Of a stretch of DNA of 64,000 nucleotides, positions 15,643 to 25,740 are shown piece by piece. The notes under the pieces were generated by a model, which made no database searches, was not told the DNA's origin, and worked only from the letters and a program-made list of their open reading frames with translations. This stretch comes from a virus (lineage: Duplodnaviria; Caudoviricetes), in the IMG/VR virus record IMGVR_UViG_3300028603_000021, positions 32,001 to 96,000 of that record. One strand, given 5' to 3'. How positions within the stretch are numbered: the stretch's first letter is position 1; the number at the start of each line of letters is the position of its first letter. A program made the translations under genes and the position numbers.

Positions 15643-17240
15643 AGCTCGATCTCCCACGTAGTCGTACCAGCATGGTACAGGGGGTATATGTTTTTGCTCT
15701 CTAGAAAACCAGGGCTACCGTCGTAGTCCGGAAACAGACCTGGCAGTTTATGCTTCTGGAAAGCCTCCCTAGGGTACACTTTACCACCACTGACAAAGTA
15801 TATAGTGTAAGGATGCCTAGCAACAACCTTGAACCCCAGTGTAGCATAAGCGTCACCCGACGCATACCGATTAGCGGAGTGCGTCCTCAGTCTTCCGTGT
15901 ATGTTTGACAGCAGCTTAGACATGCCTCCGACTACCTGGGTATCTAGCTTGGTAGCGAAGCGGTCTAGCACCTTAGCTCCTCGTCTTGTGCTCACCCCCA
16001 TAACAGCCACTAGCTCGTCACCGTAGAACAGACCCAGCTTGGTTCTGGAGTTTATCGCGCCCTGTAGGTGGTTGTCTTCTAGGAAACCTCTGTAGTCTGC
16101 GGGGGTTAGCTCCTTGGTCTTTGTCTTCCTGGCATACAGCCTCCTAGAAAACATCCCAAGCTTGGCTTTTATCATGGATTTGATGATAGGAAGCTTGTCA
16201 TTAACCTCTGTATCGAAGAACTGAAACAGATGTAAACCAGCAGCAGAGGCCAAATCCTGCTTACTCTGGTGGTAATACCTGTCCTTGCCACGCTCCGTTA
16301 CCGTGCTGTGCCAGTAGGCTCCGTCCACTTCTACACCCACCCTCTCCATCAGGATATCAACTTCCAGACCGCCTAAAACATCACGGTCGCCAACGGTGTA
16401 AGGTATACCTACATCATCCAACCACTCAGTTAGAATTAATTCTTGAGCACTGACTCCTCGATAGTGGTTTGGGTGTCCGTGGCCATTTAGGTGTGTGTTG
16501 GGTCGCTGTAGGAAATCACCCAGAGTTGGGTGTGTTATCACTACCTTGTCCAACGCGCTCTTATACTCTACTTTTGAATAATCGTAAAGGTTCCCATGTA
16601 CCTGACGTGCCTTCGCTTCAAAGGTCTCAGCGGCGCTCTGATCCTTCTTGGCAGCCCTTCTCTTATCTCCGTATCCTTGCAGGTGTCCTACTGGCTTCTG
16701 CCAGAACTCTCCGTGTTCTCGGTCAACTATACATACCGGCACATCGTGGCCACGGTACTCTACCTTGGAGTAATCATATAGATCCCCGTGAACCTCTCTG
16801 GCCTTCTCTATGAAAGTAGCCGTAGTATACGTGTTGGCAGCTGCTCGCTGTGTTCTGCCTCGCTCTGGGCTCCCTCTCCCGCGTAGGTGGGCGTTAGGTG
16901 TCTGTGTGAACTCACCGTAATCTGGGTCTACTATAGTAACAGGTGTTTTGCTGTTGACATAGTTTACCTTAGAGTAGTCATACAGGTCTCCGTGCACTTC
17001 TCTGGCTTTCTTGACGAACTCAGCGGTGCTGTTGCTGAGCTTTGCCCTTACCTTTTCCAGCCCACGCAATCTGTGCCCTTGCCCAGACAGGTGTAAGTTA
17101 GGCTTCTGCCAGAATTCCCCGAACTCTGGGTCTACTATGAGCACTTTTACGTGGGCTCCTTTGTATTCTACCTTAGAGTAGTCGTAGATGTCACCGTGTA
17201 CCTTACGTGCATCTTCTATAAACTGCTCTGTGGTCTTCAT
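15639..17240 (-). CDS. Hef-like putative homing endonuclease with DUF723-type repeats
   Basis: Four FIEKAREVHGDLYDYSKVEY repeats, LEVDI..VEVDGAYWHS nuclease domain, C-terminal GNAT-like module. Confidence 0.8.
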   Translation of the reverse strand: MKTTEQFIEDARKVHGDIYDYSKVEYKGAHVKVLIVDPEFGEFWQKPNLHLSGQGHRLRGLEKVRAKLSNSTAEFVKKAREVHGDLYDYSKVNYVNSKTPVTIVDPDYGEFTQTPNAHLRGRGSPERGRTQRAAANTYTTATFIEKAREVHGDLYDYSKVEYRGHDVPVCIVDREHGEFWQKPVGHLQGYGDKRRAAKKDQSAAETFEAKARQVHGNLYDYSKVEYKSALDKVVITHPTLGDFLQRPNTHLNGHGHPNHYRGVSAQELILTEWLDDVGIPYTVGDRDVLGGLEVDILMERVGVEVDGAYWHSTVTERGKDRYYHQSKQDLASAAGLHLFQFFDTEVNDKLPIIKSMIKAKLGMFSRRLYARKTKTKELTPADYRGFLEDNHLQGAINSRTKLGLFYGDELVAVMGVSTRRGAKVLDRFATKLDTQVVGGMSKLLSNIHGRLRTHSANRYASGDAYATLGFKVVARHPYTIYFVSGGKVYPREAFQKHKLPGLFPDYDGSPGFLESKNIYPLYHAGTTTWEIEL

Positions 17241-18196
17241 CGTTCCTTGGGGTATGAAGGTAGGTTGGGGTTTAGCTTGTGGAATACCTTAAGCAACTCC
17301 CGCGTCTCCTTCTTGTCCTTCCCCTGGATGTATACATACTTATGCTTCGCCGGTATCTCTCGAACATCAGCTAGCTTGTACATCTCACGAGACCTGTCTC
17401 GCAGTGCTTTCTCAACGTCTAGTGGCATATTCTTCCAGACAATCTTATCTCCTACCTGCCACTCTGGATTCCAGTCTATGCCCAGGTCTTTAGCATAGCG
17501 TTTGTACGCACTACGGCTGCGAAAGCTCCTGTCAGATATCCATTTCTTAGTACCGGGCAGGCGGTACTTATGTGTTGCGCCAGATGTCTGGCCTAAGTAC
17601 GTAAAGTTACATGCCTGATAAATAGTCCCAAGTTCTTTTGCCTCGGGGTCAGAGTAGGCTGTAAAGACCCTGAACCGTGTGTTCTTCACAGCCCACCTGA
17701 TTGCATACATGATAAGTGACGACGCTAGGTTCTTGGGAGACCAGCTGACGCAAGCACCACGGCTTATGAGTCTCTCAATCTTCCTAGTGCCGTCACCGAC
17801 CAGCTTAGAGAACGCATTAGGCATGTCCATAACGACAACACCCGCAAGGATTCCCTTGTATCTGGCCGTAAAATAATGAGTCGGGTAGTTGGAGAGCTTT
17901 CCAAGCCACTCGTGTCTCTCGATAAATTCCTTTACTTCTGGGAAAAGAGTCTGGTAGTCGGGGTGTTCCTTCGTAAACTGACTGAACTCAAAGTCTGCGA
18001 CACGTAACGTGTCAGCTTCTTCTTGAGACAGACCAGCAGCCTCAAGGTCAGATTCCATGTTAGACAGACGTATCTCATACTGCCAAGCGTGATCTTTGTT
18101 GTAATCTTTAAACCTCTCACTCGGGTCTGACGACATCTTGTTCTCCATAGTCAACAGTATAGTGGTATTCGGTCTTGCTGTCAAGCGGGATGACAT
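17237..18196 (-). CDS. Mom-like DNA (adenine) modification enzyme, GNAT fold
   Basis: FIERHEWLG..LAGVVVM..LISRGAC..KNLASSLI..TAYSDPEAKELGTIYQACNFTYLG. Confidence 0.75.
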   Translation of the reverse strand: MSSRLTARPNTTILLTMENKMSSDPSERFKDYNKDHAWQYEIRLSNMESDLEAAGLSQEEADTLRVADFEFSQFTKEHPDYQTLFPEVKEFIERHEWLGKLSNYPTHYFTARYKGILAGVVVMDMPNAFSKLVGDGTRKIERLISRGACVSWSPKNLASSLIMYAIRWAVKNTRFRVFTAYSDPEAKELGTIYQACNFTYLGQTSGATHKYRLPGTKKWISDRSFRSRSAYKRYAKDLGIDWNPEWQVGDKIVWKNMPLDVEKALRDRSREMYKLADVREIPAKHKYVYIQGKDKKETRELLKVFHKLNPNLPSYPKER

Positions 18197-18419
18197 GAAC
18201 TACCTGTAGGTAGCGGTTGCTCACATACCACACCTCACCCTCGTCGTTCACAAGAACCATGTATGCTTCCCCGTCTGGGGAATCACACTTATGGCACATG
18301 TCTATCACCGGGTAGAGATCACCAAGGTGGAGTTTAGCCCTTTCGGGGGTAGGGCCCTCCACCTCTCCTCGTGGTCTCCGGCTTACGGGTAGTGGACTAA
18401 CCTCCATACGAACGTTCAT
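18117..18419 (-). CDS. hypothetical protein
   Basis: Coupled to helicase stop. Confidence 0.5.
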   Translation of the reverse strand: MNVRMEVSPLPVSRRPRGEVEGPTPERAKLHLGDLYPVIDMCHKCDSPDGEAYMVLVNDEGEVWYVSNRYLQVVHVIPLDSKTEYHYTVDYGEQDVVRPE

Positions 18420-20272
18420 GCATCCTCCTCTAGCTGCCTACGATATTTTGTGACCAGTGCACGAGCCAAGTGCGCCTGCCTGTCAGAGAGAAAATTCTGG
18501 CTAGCCAGGGAATGTCCTATGCGGCTATCCACCTTGTTGAACCCAACGTCGTTTCTGATTCTCGCCCCGTCGTAGTCCAGAAGGGCAAGTATCTTAAGCT
18601 TACGCAGAAGTTCTTCCTTTTCTTCGTCAGACACAGGTTCAACCTTCTCTTTGCGCTGAACCTTCACGCTAGTGTCTTCCGGGAGCGCTATATCGTCTAC
18701 TACGGCGTTGATAGCCTTGTTGATTATGGTCTGCTTGTCGATGATGGTATGGGCAATCTTAACGTCGATAGAGTTCTCAACCAGAAGGTACTGAGCCAGA
18801 ACATTGTTCATCTGCCCGATGCGGTCACACCTAGCTATCGCCTGCTCCACCATAGCAGGTCGGTAGTCAAGCTCAGCCAAGACTACATGACTCGAAGCAG
18901 TCAGCGTTATCCCCATCCCGGCAGCGGTTATGCTGCCCAGGAAGTACTTAACCTTTGGGTCGTTCTGAAAGGCATCCACCGCGTCTTGCTTTGAGTCCAT
19001 GTCCATACCCCCTATAAGCAGCACAGCTTCGTCTCCCAAGGCTTCCTTGAGCTGTCTTCCGACCTCACGGTGATGAAAGAAAACTACTACCTTATCCTCT
19101 GCCTCTTTTACGTGCTCTATGACATAAGGCAGCTTAGCGATAGCAATCTCTTGCCTTATCTTTGACATCTCAGCGAAGGAGTCGTTTACAGCTACGCGAA
19201 GGTTCTTGACGGCTGCGTGGTAGTCATCCTCTGTCTCGGATACCTTAGCAAGCTCTACAGCGGCGCGAAGCTCAGAGAGTACATCCTCTCTAGACCCCCA
19301 GATAGACTTCTCTTCTTGTACTAGCTTACGCAGCAGCGGTGTCTGTGGCAGTTCGACCACTTGGTGAGAAACCTTCGGCAATTCTGGCAAGGCTTCTTCT
19401 TTAGCCTGGCGAATCATGATAGTGCTGCGGAGCTTGTGGTTAAGCTCATCAAGGTTGCTAGCGCCTGAGAAATCCCAGCCCCAGCCGTTGTTCTTAGCGT
19501 CACAGTATCTGTGTGCGAACGCCCACTTGCTGCCCCAGGTCTCAGGGTCGAGTGTGTGTACCGTGGTAAACAGCTCTATAGGGCGGTTCATGATAGGCGT
19601 TCCCGTGAGAAACAGCTTGTGCTTAGCCGGTATGGGTGGAATCTTCTTCCCCTTACCAAGTATAGCGATAGTGCGCTTAGCCTTCTCGTTCTTGAGTGCG
19701 TGGGATTCGTCCAAGACAAGAAGATCCCATTCTACGGAGTGCAGCTTTTCTTTGTGCTTATCTGCGACATCGTAGTTTATGATGATTATGTCAGTGTCCG
19801 GGTAATCATCTCTGTCAACTACCCCTATCGTATAGGAGTGAAGCAACCACTTGGTAAGCTCTCTCCTCCAGTTGATACGGATAGTAGCCGGGCAGATAAC
19901 CAAGATACGTTTATACTCAGGATGCAGGTTTATAACCCCAGCTGTCATAATGCTCTTACCCATCCCAGGAGGGGCGGCTATGAGGGTATCCCTGTCTCTG
20001 GCAAAAGCTATTGCAGCCTTCTGGTAGTTAAAGTATTTCAGGTCTCTGGGGGCGGGAACTTCTATATCAGAGTCAAGGGCATGTGACGCTTCCACCCTGG
20101 GGGACGGGTCTTTATGGGTTACCTGCCAGCTACCGTTGTCTAGCTTAGTGACCTTGTAACCGTTAGCTTTGACGGCGTTCTTATCCGCACGCCACGCATC
20201 CCAGAAGGCCGCAGACGGAGTTGCCGTCTGCGTACCGTCGTCGGTGGTTGTCCATGTCATAGTCTCTTTCAT
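18416..20272 (-). CDS. SNF2-family (SMARCAL1/HARP-like) helicase
   Basis: PGMGKS, LVLDESH, LTGTPIMNRP, GMGITLTAS, QAIARCDRIGQ. Confidence 0.92.
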   Translation of the reverse strand: MKETMTWTTTDDGTQTATPSAAFWDAWRADKNAVKANGYKVTKLDNGSWQVTHKDPSPRVEASHALDSDIEVPAPRDLKYFNYQKAAIAFARDRDTLIAAPPGMGKSIMTAGVINLHPEYKRILVICPATIRINWRRELTKWLLHSYTIGVVDRDDYPDTDIIIINYDVADKHKEKLHSVEWDLLVLDESHALKNEKAKRTIAILGKGKKIPPIPAKHKLFLTGTPIMNRPIELFTTVHTLDPETWGSKWAFAHRYCDAKNNGWGWDFSGASNLDELNHKLRSTIMIRQAKEEALPELPKVSHQVVELPQTPLLRKLVQEEKSIWGSREDVLSELRAAVELAKVSETEDDYHAAVKNLRVAVNDSFAEMSKIRQEIAIAKLPYVIEHVKEAEDKVVVFFHHREVGRQLKEALGDEAVLLIGGMDMDSKQDAVDAFQNDPKVKYFLGSITAAGMGITLTASSHVVLAELDYRPAMVEQAIARCDRIGQMNNVLAQYLLVENSIDVKIAHTIIDKQTIINKAINAVVDDIALPEDTSVKVQRKEKVEPVSDEEKEELLRKLKILALLDYDGARIRNDVGFNKVDSRIGHSLASQNFLSDRQAHLARALVTKYRRQLEEDA

Positions 20273-20293
20273 GTCCTTAGAGTATCAGATAGT

Positions 20294-20620
20294 CTAGTCG
20301 CCGTCAACCCCGGACAAAAGGACTAACGGAGCGCGGTTCCATCTTATCACCAAGCTCTGGTAGCCGGGTTCAACCTCGTATCCTTCGTTTTGATACACGT
20401 CAAACACTACAGGTAGTATCTCTATAGGCATATCCTCACAAGCAGCAACCTCTACCGAGTATGCCTCACTGTCAGCCTCCTTGACAGCGTTGTAGACATA
20501 CCTCAGCGCACGTATAGTTCTATCTGAGCCTAGCAGACGCGCCCTAGCATCCTCTATAGGGTAAGTCAGGCCATCGTTGGCATACGGATATTCATTTCTC
20601 ATCGTCATTGTCCTCTCCAT
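20294..20620 (-). CDS. hypothetical protein
   Basis: Co-oriented ORF with RBS. Confidence 0.6.
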   Translation of the reverse strand: MERTMTMRNEYPYANDGLTYPIEDARARLLGSDRTIRALRYVYNAVKEADSEAYSVEVAACEDMPIEILPVVFDVYQNEGYEVEPGYQSLVIRWNRAPLVLLSGVDGD

Positions 20621-20627
20621 CCTATGT

Positions 20628-21902
20628 TTAGCCCCCGTCCTTCCAGACCAGGACGGGCTTTGTACGAAACTTCAGCACACCTATTCCGGTGTCCTCGATT
20701 ACCTTAACTACCTCGTCAAAGTTCTTGTAGGCTCCAGAGGACTCGTCTATCGGAACGTCTTCGAAGTTGCCCATGATACCGGCTTCTTCAAGCTCCAGGT
20801 TAACTACGTCTTGGTCGAGAATCTTCTTTGCGTTGCCCCTTGACATCGTGCGCCCTGCGCCGTGGGGTACTGAGTCGCCGTAGCTAACGTTCCCAGGAGT
20901 GAAGATCGCACTACCGTCCTTCATGTTGCCGAGGACGACCATAGGGATTCCGTTGTTGTCGTACGCTGGAATAGTACCTTTACGTCCAATGTATTTACCA
21001 TTACGATACTCTATGAAGTTGTGAGGAATGTGAGAGAACTCGTTAACCCCTTGGTGGAAGACCCTGGCTACCGCTTCGTGTACCATGTAATGATTGTATG
21101 TTGCTATCTCTAGCATGGCTCGGTTAAAGGTGTAGTACACCTGTCCCAGCGCAGACTCGGCTGGCACATAGATTAGGTCATTAGCCAATCTTCCGCCCCA
21201 CGAGGATATTTCCTTCTTGATGGTGGCGTCAAAAACCCTAGCTAGCTTGTTGCCGAGTCCACGCGACCCGAAGTGAGAGGCTACGAAGTTCTGGCCTATG
21301 TCATTCTTCTCGATTGAGAGGAAATGGTTGCCTCCGCCGATGGTGTTGAACTGCTTCAACATGTTCTCGGTGAGGTTGTAGGTCATCAGCTTCTTGAATT
21401 CTTTGTAGTGTGGAGTGTCGCGCTCTTTCCATAGGGGTTCGTAAGAGTTGACCCATGCGCCCTCTGGACGCAGGTACCCGTCAACTATCTCCTGGAATTT
21501 GGCAGAGGTCATACCGGTGTCCCTTAGCTGGTTTCCAACCCCAACGGCCTCGGACACCTGACGGATAGCTTCACGCTTCTCCTTCTCCGATAGAGAGTCC
21601 ACATTGATGTTAATCTCGGACATCCCGACAGAGCACGCGGGGTCAACCCCAACGGTGTCAGGATACAAGTGTGTCGAGGACTCTAGGGTGGTGCCGATAG
21701 CGACCCCGTAGCCGAAGTGGGAGTCCGGCATTACCGAGACCTTTTCAATGCCCGGAAGTTCCATAGAAGCACGCACCTGTGTCAACGCTCCGTACTCGTA
21801 CTCTCCAAACAGCTGGTCGTTCATGACCAGGGTTGCCCATACGTTACCATGGCGCATCTTGTATATATTCCCCGCTTTGAACGGTTCAAATATGTCTGAC
21901 AT
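20628..21902 (-). CDS. rtcB: RtcB-family RNA ligase (2',3'-cyclic-P/3'-P to 5'-OH)
   Basis: MPDSHFGYG, GVDPAC, GGGNHF, HFGSRGLG, HNF, RKG, HGAGR, DESSGAYK. Confidence 0.93.
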   Translation of the reverse strand: MSDIFEPFKAGNIYKMRHGNVWATLVMNDQLFGEYEYGALTQVRASMELPGIEKVSVMPDSHFGYGVAIGTTLESSTHLYPDTVGVDPACSVGMSEININVDSLSEKEKREAIRQVSEAVGVGNQLRDTGMTSAKFQEIVDGYLRPEGAWVNSYEPLWKERDTPHYKEFKKLMTYNLTENMLKQFNTIGGGNHFLSIEKNDIGQNFVASHFGSRGLGNKLARVFDATIKKEISSWGGRLANDLIYVPAESALGQVYYTFNRAMLEIATYNHYMVHEAVARVFHQGVNEFSHIPHNFIEYRNGKYIGRKGTIPAYDNNGIPMVVLGNMKDGSAIFTPGNVSYGDSVPHGAGRTMSRGNAKKILDQDVVNLELEEAGIMGNFEDVPIDESSGAYKNFDEVVKVIEDTGIGVLKFRTKPVLVWKDGG

Positions 21903-21916
21903 ACCTCGTTCCTTTC

Positions 21917-22216
21917 TTACCAACACCCCTTAAACACATGGTGTGCCTCCAGGCCAGGGTAAAACCAGTACGGGTTGCCGTTGCGAAGCTCAACCTCTGC
22001 AAAGCTAGACGGATCTCCCGGGTATGCTTCGAAAAACCTAACGTTTTCTTTACCATCAAACTCATCCTGGTAAGCAAATATCGCTTGCTCTATAGAGTTC
22101 GTGATGCTCATGCCGCCGTGTTCGGAAGATTCATCGACGAACAAGACCAACTCCTCTTTCTCCACAACATGACAGTGAATATCCCTACCAAACGAATCTT
22201 TGTAGTACAAACGCAT
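21917..22216 (-). CDS. hypothetical protein
   Basis: GMSITNSIE motif; AGAAAGGAG RBS. Confidence 0.65.
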   Translation of the reverse strand: MRLYYKDSFGRDIHCHVVEKEELVLFVDESSEHGGMSITNSIEQAIFAYQDEFDGKENVRFFEAYPGDPSSFAEVELRNGNPYWFYPGLEAHHVFKGCW

Positions 22217-22228
22217 AAGCTCTCCTTT

Positions 22229-22813
22229 CTAGGACACTCTTGTCCATTCTCCAGAATCCTCGTCGTAAGTAACTTCTCTGACTACCATCTTGCCTTCCTT
22301 AAGGGCTTTCAAGGTCGGTGGCACGCGGCTGTCGATAACCCTGAAGGTTTCGTTTTTCGGGTGGCTGTATATGTTATACATCGTAACTGTGTAAACCCTG
22401 GGTTTCAGCCCACTGAAGCTAAAACCTTCCGGGGGTTCTATAACCACGGTTTTTCCAGCAAACCTAGCTGTAATCCAGCGCAATCCGAAAAGCCTTTGCT
22501 TATCCCGCTTAAGCCCCCACAGCGCGGCGTTGTAGTATGCTCGGCAGTCTTGTAGCAGCTTATAAGTCTCCTCTGTGTGCTCCACCTCCCGCAGGACGCG
22601 CAGGTTAGACTCGTGATAGCTCTGGAGTGCATGTCCTAACGCTTTGAGGGTAAAAAGGTTGTGCGTGTCGCCACGATACCGGATATATTGATATTTCTCC
22701 AGCATCTGTGTTCTCTGTTTCTCAGTTAAGAACTCCTCTCCGACGGCATATACAGTCCACTCTTGGGTCTGCACCCTGTCGATTCTTCCTTTGGGGGGTT
22801 TTTCAATACCCAC
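22229..22813 (-). CDS. hypothetical protein
   Basis: AAAGGAGGAG RBS. Confidence 0.65.
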   Translation of the reverse strand: MGIEKPPKGRIDRVQTQEWTVYAVGEEFLTEKQRTQMLEKYQYIRYRGDTHNLFTLKALGHALQSYHESNLRVLREVEHTEETYKLLQDCRAYYNAALWGLKRDKQRLFGLRWITARFAGKTVVIEPPEGFSFSGLKPRVYTVTMYNIYSHPKNETFRVIDSRVPPTLKALKEGKMVVREVTYDEDSGEWTRVS

Positions 22814-22861
22814 GTTCTCCTCCTTTCGTTGATCGAAGTCTACTTTAGTGATCCATGAGAA

Positions 22862-23068
22862 TTATGTGATGGTTCCTATAAGTACGAAAAAGACGACCAC
22901 TATCACCCCGAGCAAAGCCATCACACCGATGACTGCGAAGAAGGCGAGCGCAACAGCTATAGGAAGCCAAAGCGGTGAAAAAACCCACCACCACGACCAC
23001 GAGATTACTCCCGTCAATTTCAGGATTAGAAAGATGAGTGTGAGTGCCCAGAGAACAGAATCTCTCAC
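22862..23068 (-). CDS. small membrane protein
   Basis: LTLIFLILKLTGVISWSWWWVFSPLW, a common phage TM motif. Confidence 0.7.
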   Translation of the reverse strand: MRDSVLWALTLIFLILKLTGVISWSWWWVFSPLWLPIAVALAFFAVIGVMALLGVIVVVFFVLIGTIT

Positions 23069-23712
23069 AAGGCTACCTGTGTCCCCTCGTTGAGGCATCG
23101 GAAAGTCACACCCCCTAGCTTAATCTCGGCATTTACGTGATAGTGCCCAAAGTACCAGTTCTTGACGTTCGGCAGCGCTTCCCAGAGCATGGATAACCCC
23201 TCTCCGGTGCGAGTGTTATAGATCTTTCTTCCCGGTAACAGCCGTGTAGTCACTTCACTCGGGCAGTCGTGAGACACCACCGTATGAACACTTCCCAGGT
23301 TAGGCAGGCGAAGGATGTCATCCCATTCCTCCCGGCTGAGTTCTTCCTCCGGCCACCAGTCTACCCCCGTCACGCGAGTGTTAGGCCACGCCCCAGTAAC
23401 ACCGTCAATGCTCCATGCTCCGCCAACATACATGATTCCATCCTCGATAGTTCCGTCTGGTATGTACGAAAAACCAGGATGCCTGAATTCTTTTACCTTG
23501 TGCGGGTTATCGTGGTTACCGCGTATAAACCTAAAGTACGGGGGCTTATCTATAGTTTTCGCATACAGCTCAAGATGTGCGTCTGCCGTTTCAGAGAAGC
23601 CGATACCCACGTCACCGACAAGGATTATCTGGTGGGCGTCGCTATGAAGCTTTCTCAGGCTCGGCAACCAGTATGTATGACCATGCAGGTCACCGACTAG
23701 TACAGTCTTCAT
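23065..23712 (-). CDS. calcineurin-like metallophosphoesterase
   Basis: GDLHG, VGD, RGNHD, SHDCP, FGHYH. Confidence 0.92.
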   Translation of the reverse strand: MKTVLVGDLHGHTYWLPSLRKLHSDAHQIILVGDVGIGFSETADAHLELYAKTIDKPPYFRFIRGNHDNPHKVKEFRHPGFSYIPDGTIEDGIMYVGGAWSIDGVTGAWPNTRVTGVDWWPEEELSREEWDDILRLPNLGSVHTVVSHDCPSEVTTRLLPGRKIYNTRTGEGLSMLWEALPNVKNWYFGHYHVNAEIKLGGVTFRCLNEGTQVAL

Positions 23713-24194
23713 GATAGCCAGATATCCGAGACGTTCTCTACTTGCCTCGTGTACTGGTTCTCCTGTATGTAAGCAAGACGTATCGCCACCGCAACAGCTA
23801 CCCTACCTTCTACTGGGATAGTAGAAAGGAACTCTCCTATCTCGTCAACGCGCTCAGGGCTGAGTGCAAAGTTAGCTGCGATGTTAGCTACTATGTTAGA
23901 AGTCAGCTCTATAGAGTTTTCACGGTTCATGTCGCGCTCTTTGACCATCGAAGCAACGAGGCCATCAATGTCCTCTAGGGAAGCCAACGTAGTAGACGCC
24001 ACATCTATAGCTTCTTGGTACTCTTTAGCTAAGATGTCAAAGTAGTTGTTCTTCAGTCGCTCCAGGGTTTCAAAGTATTCTTTACGTTTATCCCCAACGG
24101 CGGCGTCTGAGAACGCTATACTAGAGAGTGTTTTTCTGAGGTGCGACAGATACTCTTTTTCCTTAGCCCCCAGTACATCATCGTCAAAGTTCAT
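23709..24194 (-). CDS. hypothetical protein
   Basis: Coupled ORF. Confidence 0.6.
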   Translation of the reverse strand: MNFDDDVLGAKEKEYLSHLRKTLSSIAFSDAAVGDKRKEYFETLERLKNNYFDILAKEYQEAIDVASTTLASLEDIDGLVASMVKERDMNRENSIELTSNIVANIAANFALSPERVDEIGEFLSTIPVEGRVAVAVAIRLAYIQENQYTRQVENVSDIWLS

Positions 24195-24523
24195 TGTTGT
24201 GGCTCCTTCTCCGATACTATCGACAAAAGGTAGTTCCTGAGCTTGTCTTCGTCCACGTCTGTGTCTTCTGGGTAAGAGACAACTGTTTTGCCGGGTCGGT
24301 TGATACAGAACACCCTCTCTATCTCAGGAAACTCCATGTACATCTTGACAGCTAGCATAAGGGCTTTTTCGCTTTCGTCTCCAGAAGCAACAGCGGTGCT
24401 TCCCATGATGGTCTCCTCGTCAGAAACAGCCTTCGTCCCCTCCGGATGAAATTCTACTACGTAGTACTCTTCCTCACCGATGGTTACAGTTGAAGCGGAT
24501 ACGTTTACCTTTCTCTCGCTCAC
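24191..24523 (-). CDS. hypothetical protein
   Basis: GTG start with GGAG RBS; divergent from plus-strand block. Confidence 0.55.
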   Translation of the reverse strand: MSERKVNVSASTVTIGEEEYYVVEFHPEGTKAVSDEETIMGSTAVASGDESEKALMLAVKMYMEFPEIERVFCINRPGKTVVSYPEDTDVDEDKLRNYLLSIVSEKEPQQ

Positions 24524-24611
24524 GTCGTTTTCTCCGTTCTGGGAACGATGGGTCACCCCTCCCGTGTGGTATAATAAGCATAGTTTACCATGAATGAAGC
24601 TGGAGGTCAAC

Positions 24612-25253
24612 ATGCTCCTGTCTCTGAAAAGTGACTTCATTGATTACTACGACAACAAGTTTGACACCGTAGAAAGGATACCGCACATAGCTTTACACAG
24701 GATCAGCAGGAGGTTGACAAGAGACAGCGCACTAGAATACCTGTCTAGGAACAAAGACTCTTTGCTGTTCAACAAGGTTGTACCACACGGGAAAGTTACG
24801 GTGTTCGATAATTCTACCTTAGTGGTGTATACTGACATATGTGCTGCTAATGGTGCGGGTATAGAGAAGATGGACGGCAACAAGGCACAGATACTGCACC
24901 CCGATAAGTATGCTTCTCTTTTTTTAGACCCCGGCGGAAAATCTGTTAAGCACATAGTAGTCGGAACTAAGAACTTCTTGGTTGAATGGAAGTCTAGAAA
25001 CAACTGGAAGTCTGACGTTGGTGATACTAACAACAAAGTTATCCGTATATGGGAAGCAGAATACCACAGAGAATTCCCCATGTACAGCATAACATACGTC
25101 GAACACCAGAAAGAAAAGATAGCTGTCAGACTTAACCTAGCTCCGAGGCTTCAGACACTAGAACGCTACCTGAAGCAAGAACAAGTAATCAAGGAACTGA
25201 AAGGATTCTACAGTGACAATACAAGAAGCTCAAGCGGTGATAATCCCCTCTAA
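24612..25253 (+). CDS. hypothetical phage protein
   Basis: GGAGG RBS; SDFIDYYD N-terminus. Confidence 0.65.
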   Translation: MLLSLKSDFIDYYDNKFDTVERIPHIALHRISRRLTRDSALEYLSRNKDSLLFNKVVPHGKVTVFDNSTLVVYTDICAANGAGIEKMDGNKAQILHPDKYASLFLDPGGKSVKHIVVGTKNFLVEWKSRNNWKSDVGDTNNKVIRIWEAEYHREFPMYSITYVEHQKEKIAVRLNLAPRLQTLERYLKQEQVIKELKGFYSDNTRSSSGDNPL

Positions 25254-25740
25254 CGCTCGCGGGGTGGTCTCAGGGCACAGCATGGCCATGGGCGCAGTAA
25301 CGTTCCCCACCGCGTTTCAACAGTACCAGAACATGTGCAACCAACGTGTGTGGAGAGAAGATGCTGTAGGAAGGGTACGGTGGAGAAGCACCCTTGAGCC
25401 CGGAGACTCACTGGTATTCGTAGACCTAACACCCGATGACTACAGAGGTGTGCTTGAGTCCATCACAGAGGCTAATCCTGAGAAAGATGAGCTACACCAT
25501 ATGTACAGGGAGAAGCAGAAATATGTCTTCTTTCCCATCGTCAAGACACGCCCAGATAAGAAGTTCTCTATCGACAGCTTCAAACGATCCATGAAGCGGA
25601 TAAAAGAGATTGCTGTTCAGGAAGCTATCACTGAGATGCTTCTACTCGACGACCTAAACGACGACACCCACACTGCTCAAGTTAGGCAGATACTAGACGA
25701 CATGTTCGAGCAGGACGGCATACACGTAACAACTAAGTGA
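25213..25740 (+). CDS. degenerate macro-domain-like protein
   Basis: AVIIPSN..AMG..FFPIVK..SIDSFKRSM pattern resembles TARG1/Poa1-like macrodomains. Confidence 0.4.
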   Translation: MTIQEAQAVIIPSNARGVVSGHSMAMGAVTFPTAFQQYQNMCNQRVWREDAVGRVRWRSTLEPGDSLVFVDLTPDDYRGVLESITEANPEKDELHHMYREKQKYVFFPIVKTRPDKKFSIDSFKRSMKRIKEIAVQEAITEMLLLDDLNDDTHTAQVRQILDDMFEQDGIHVTTK

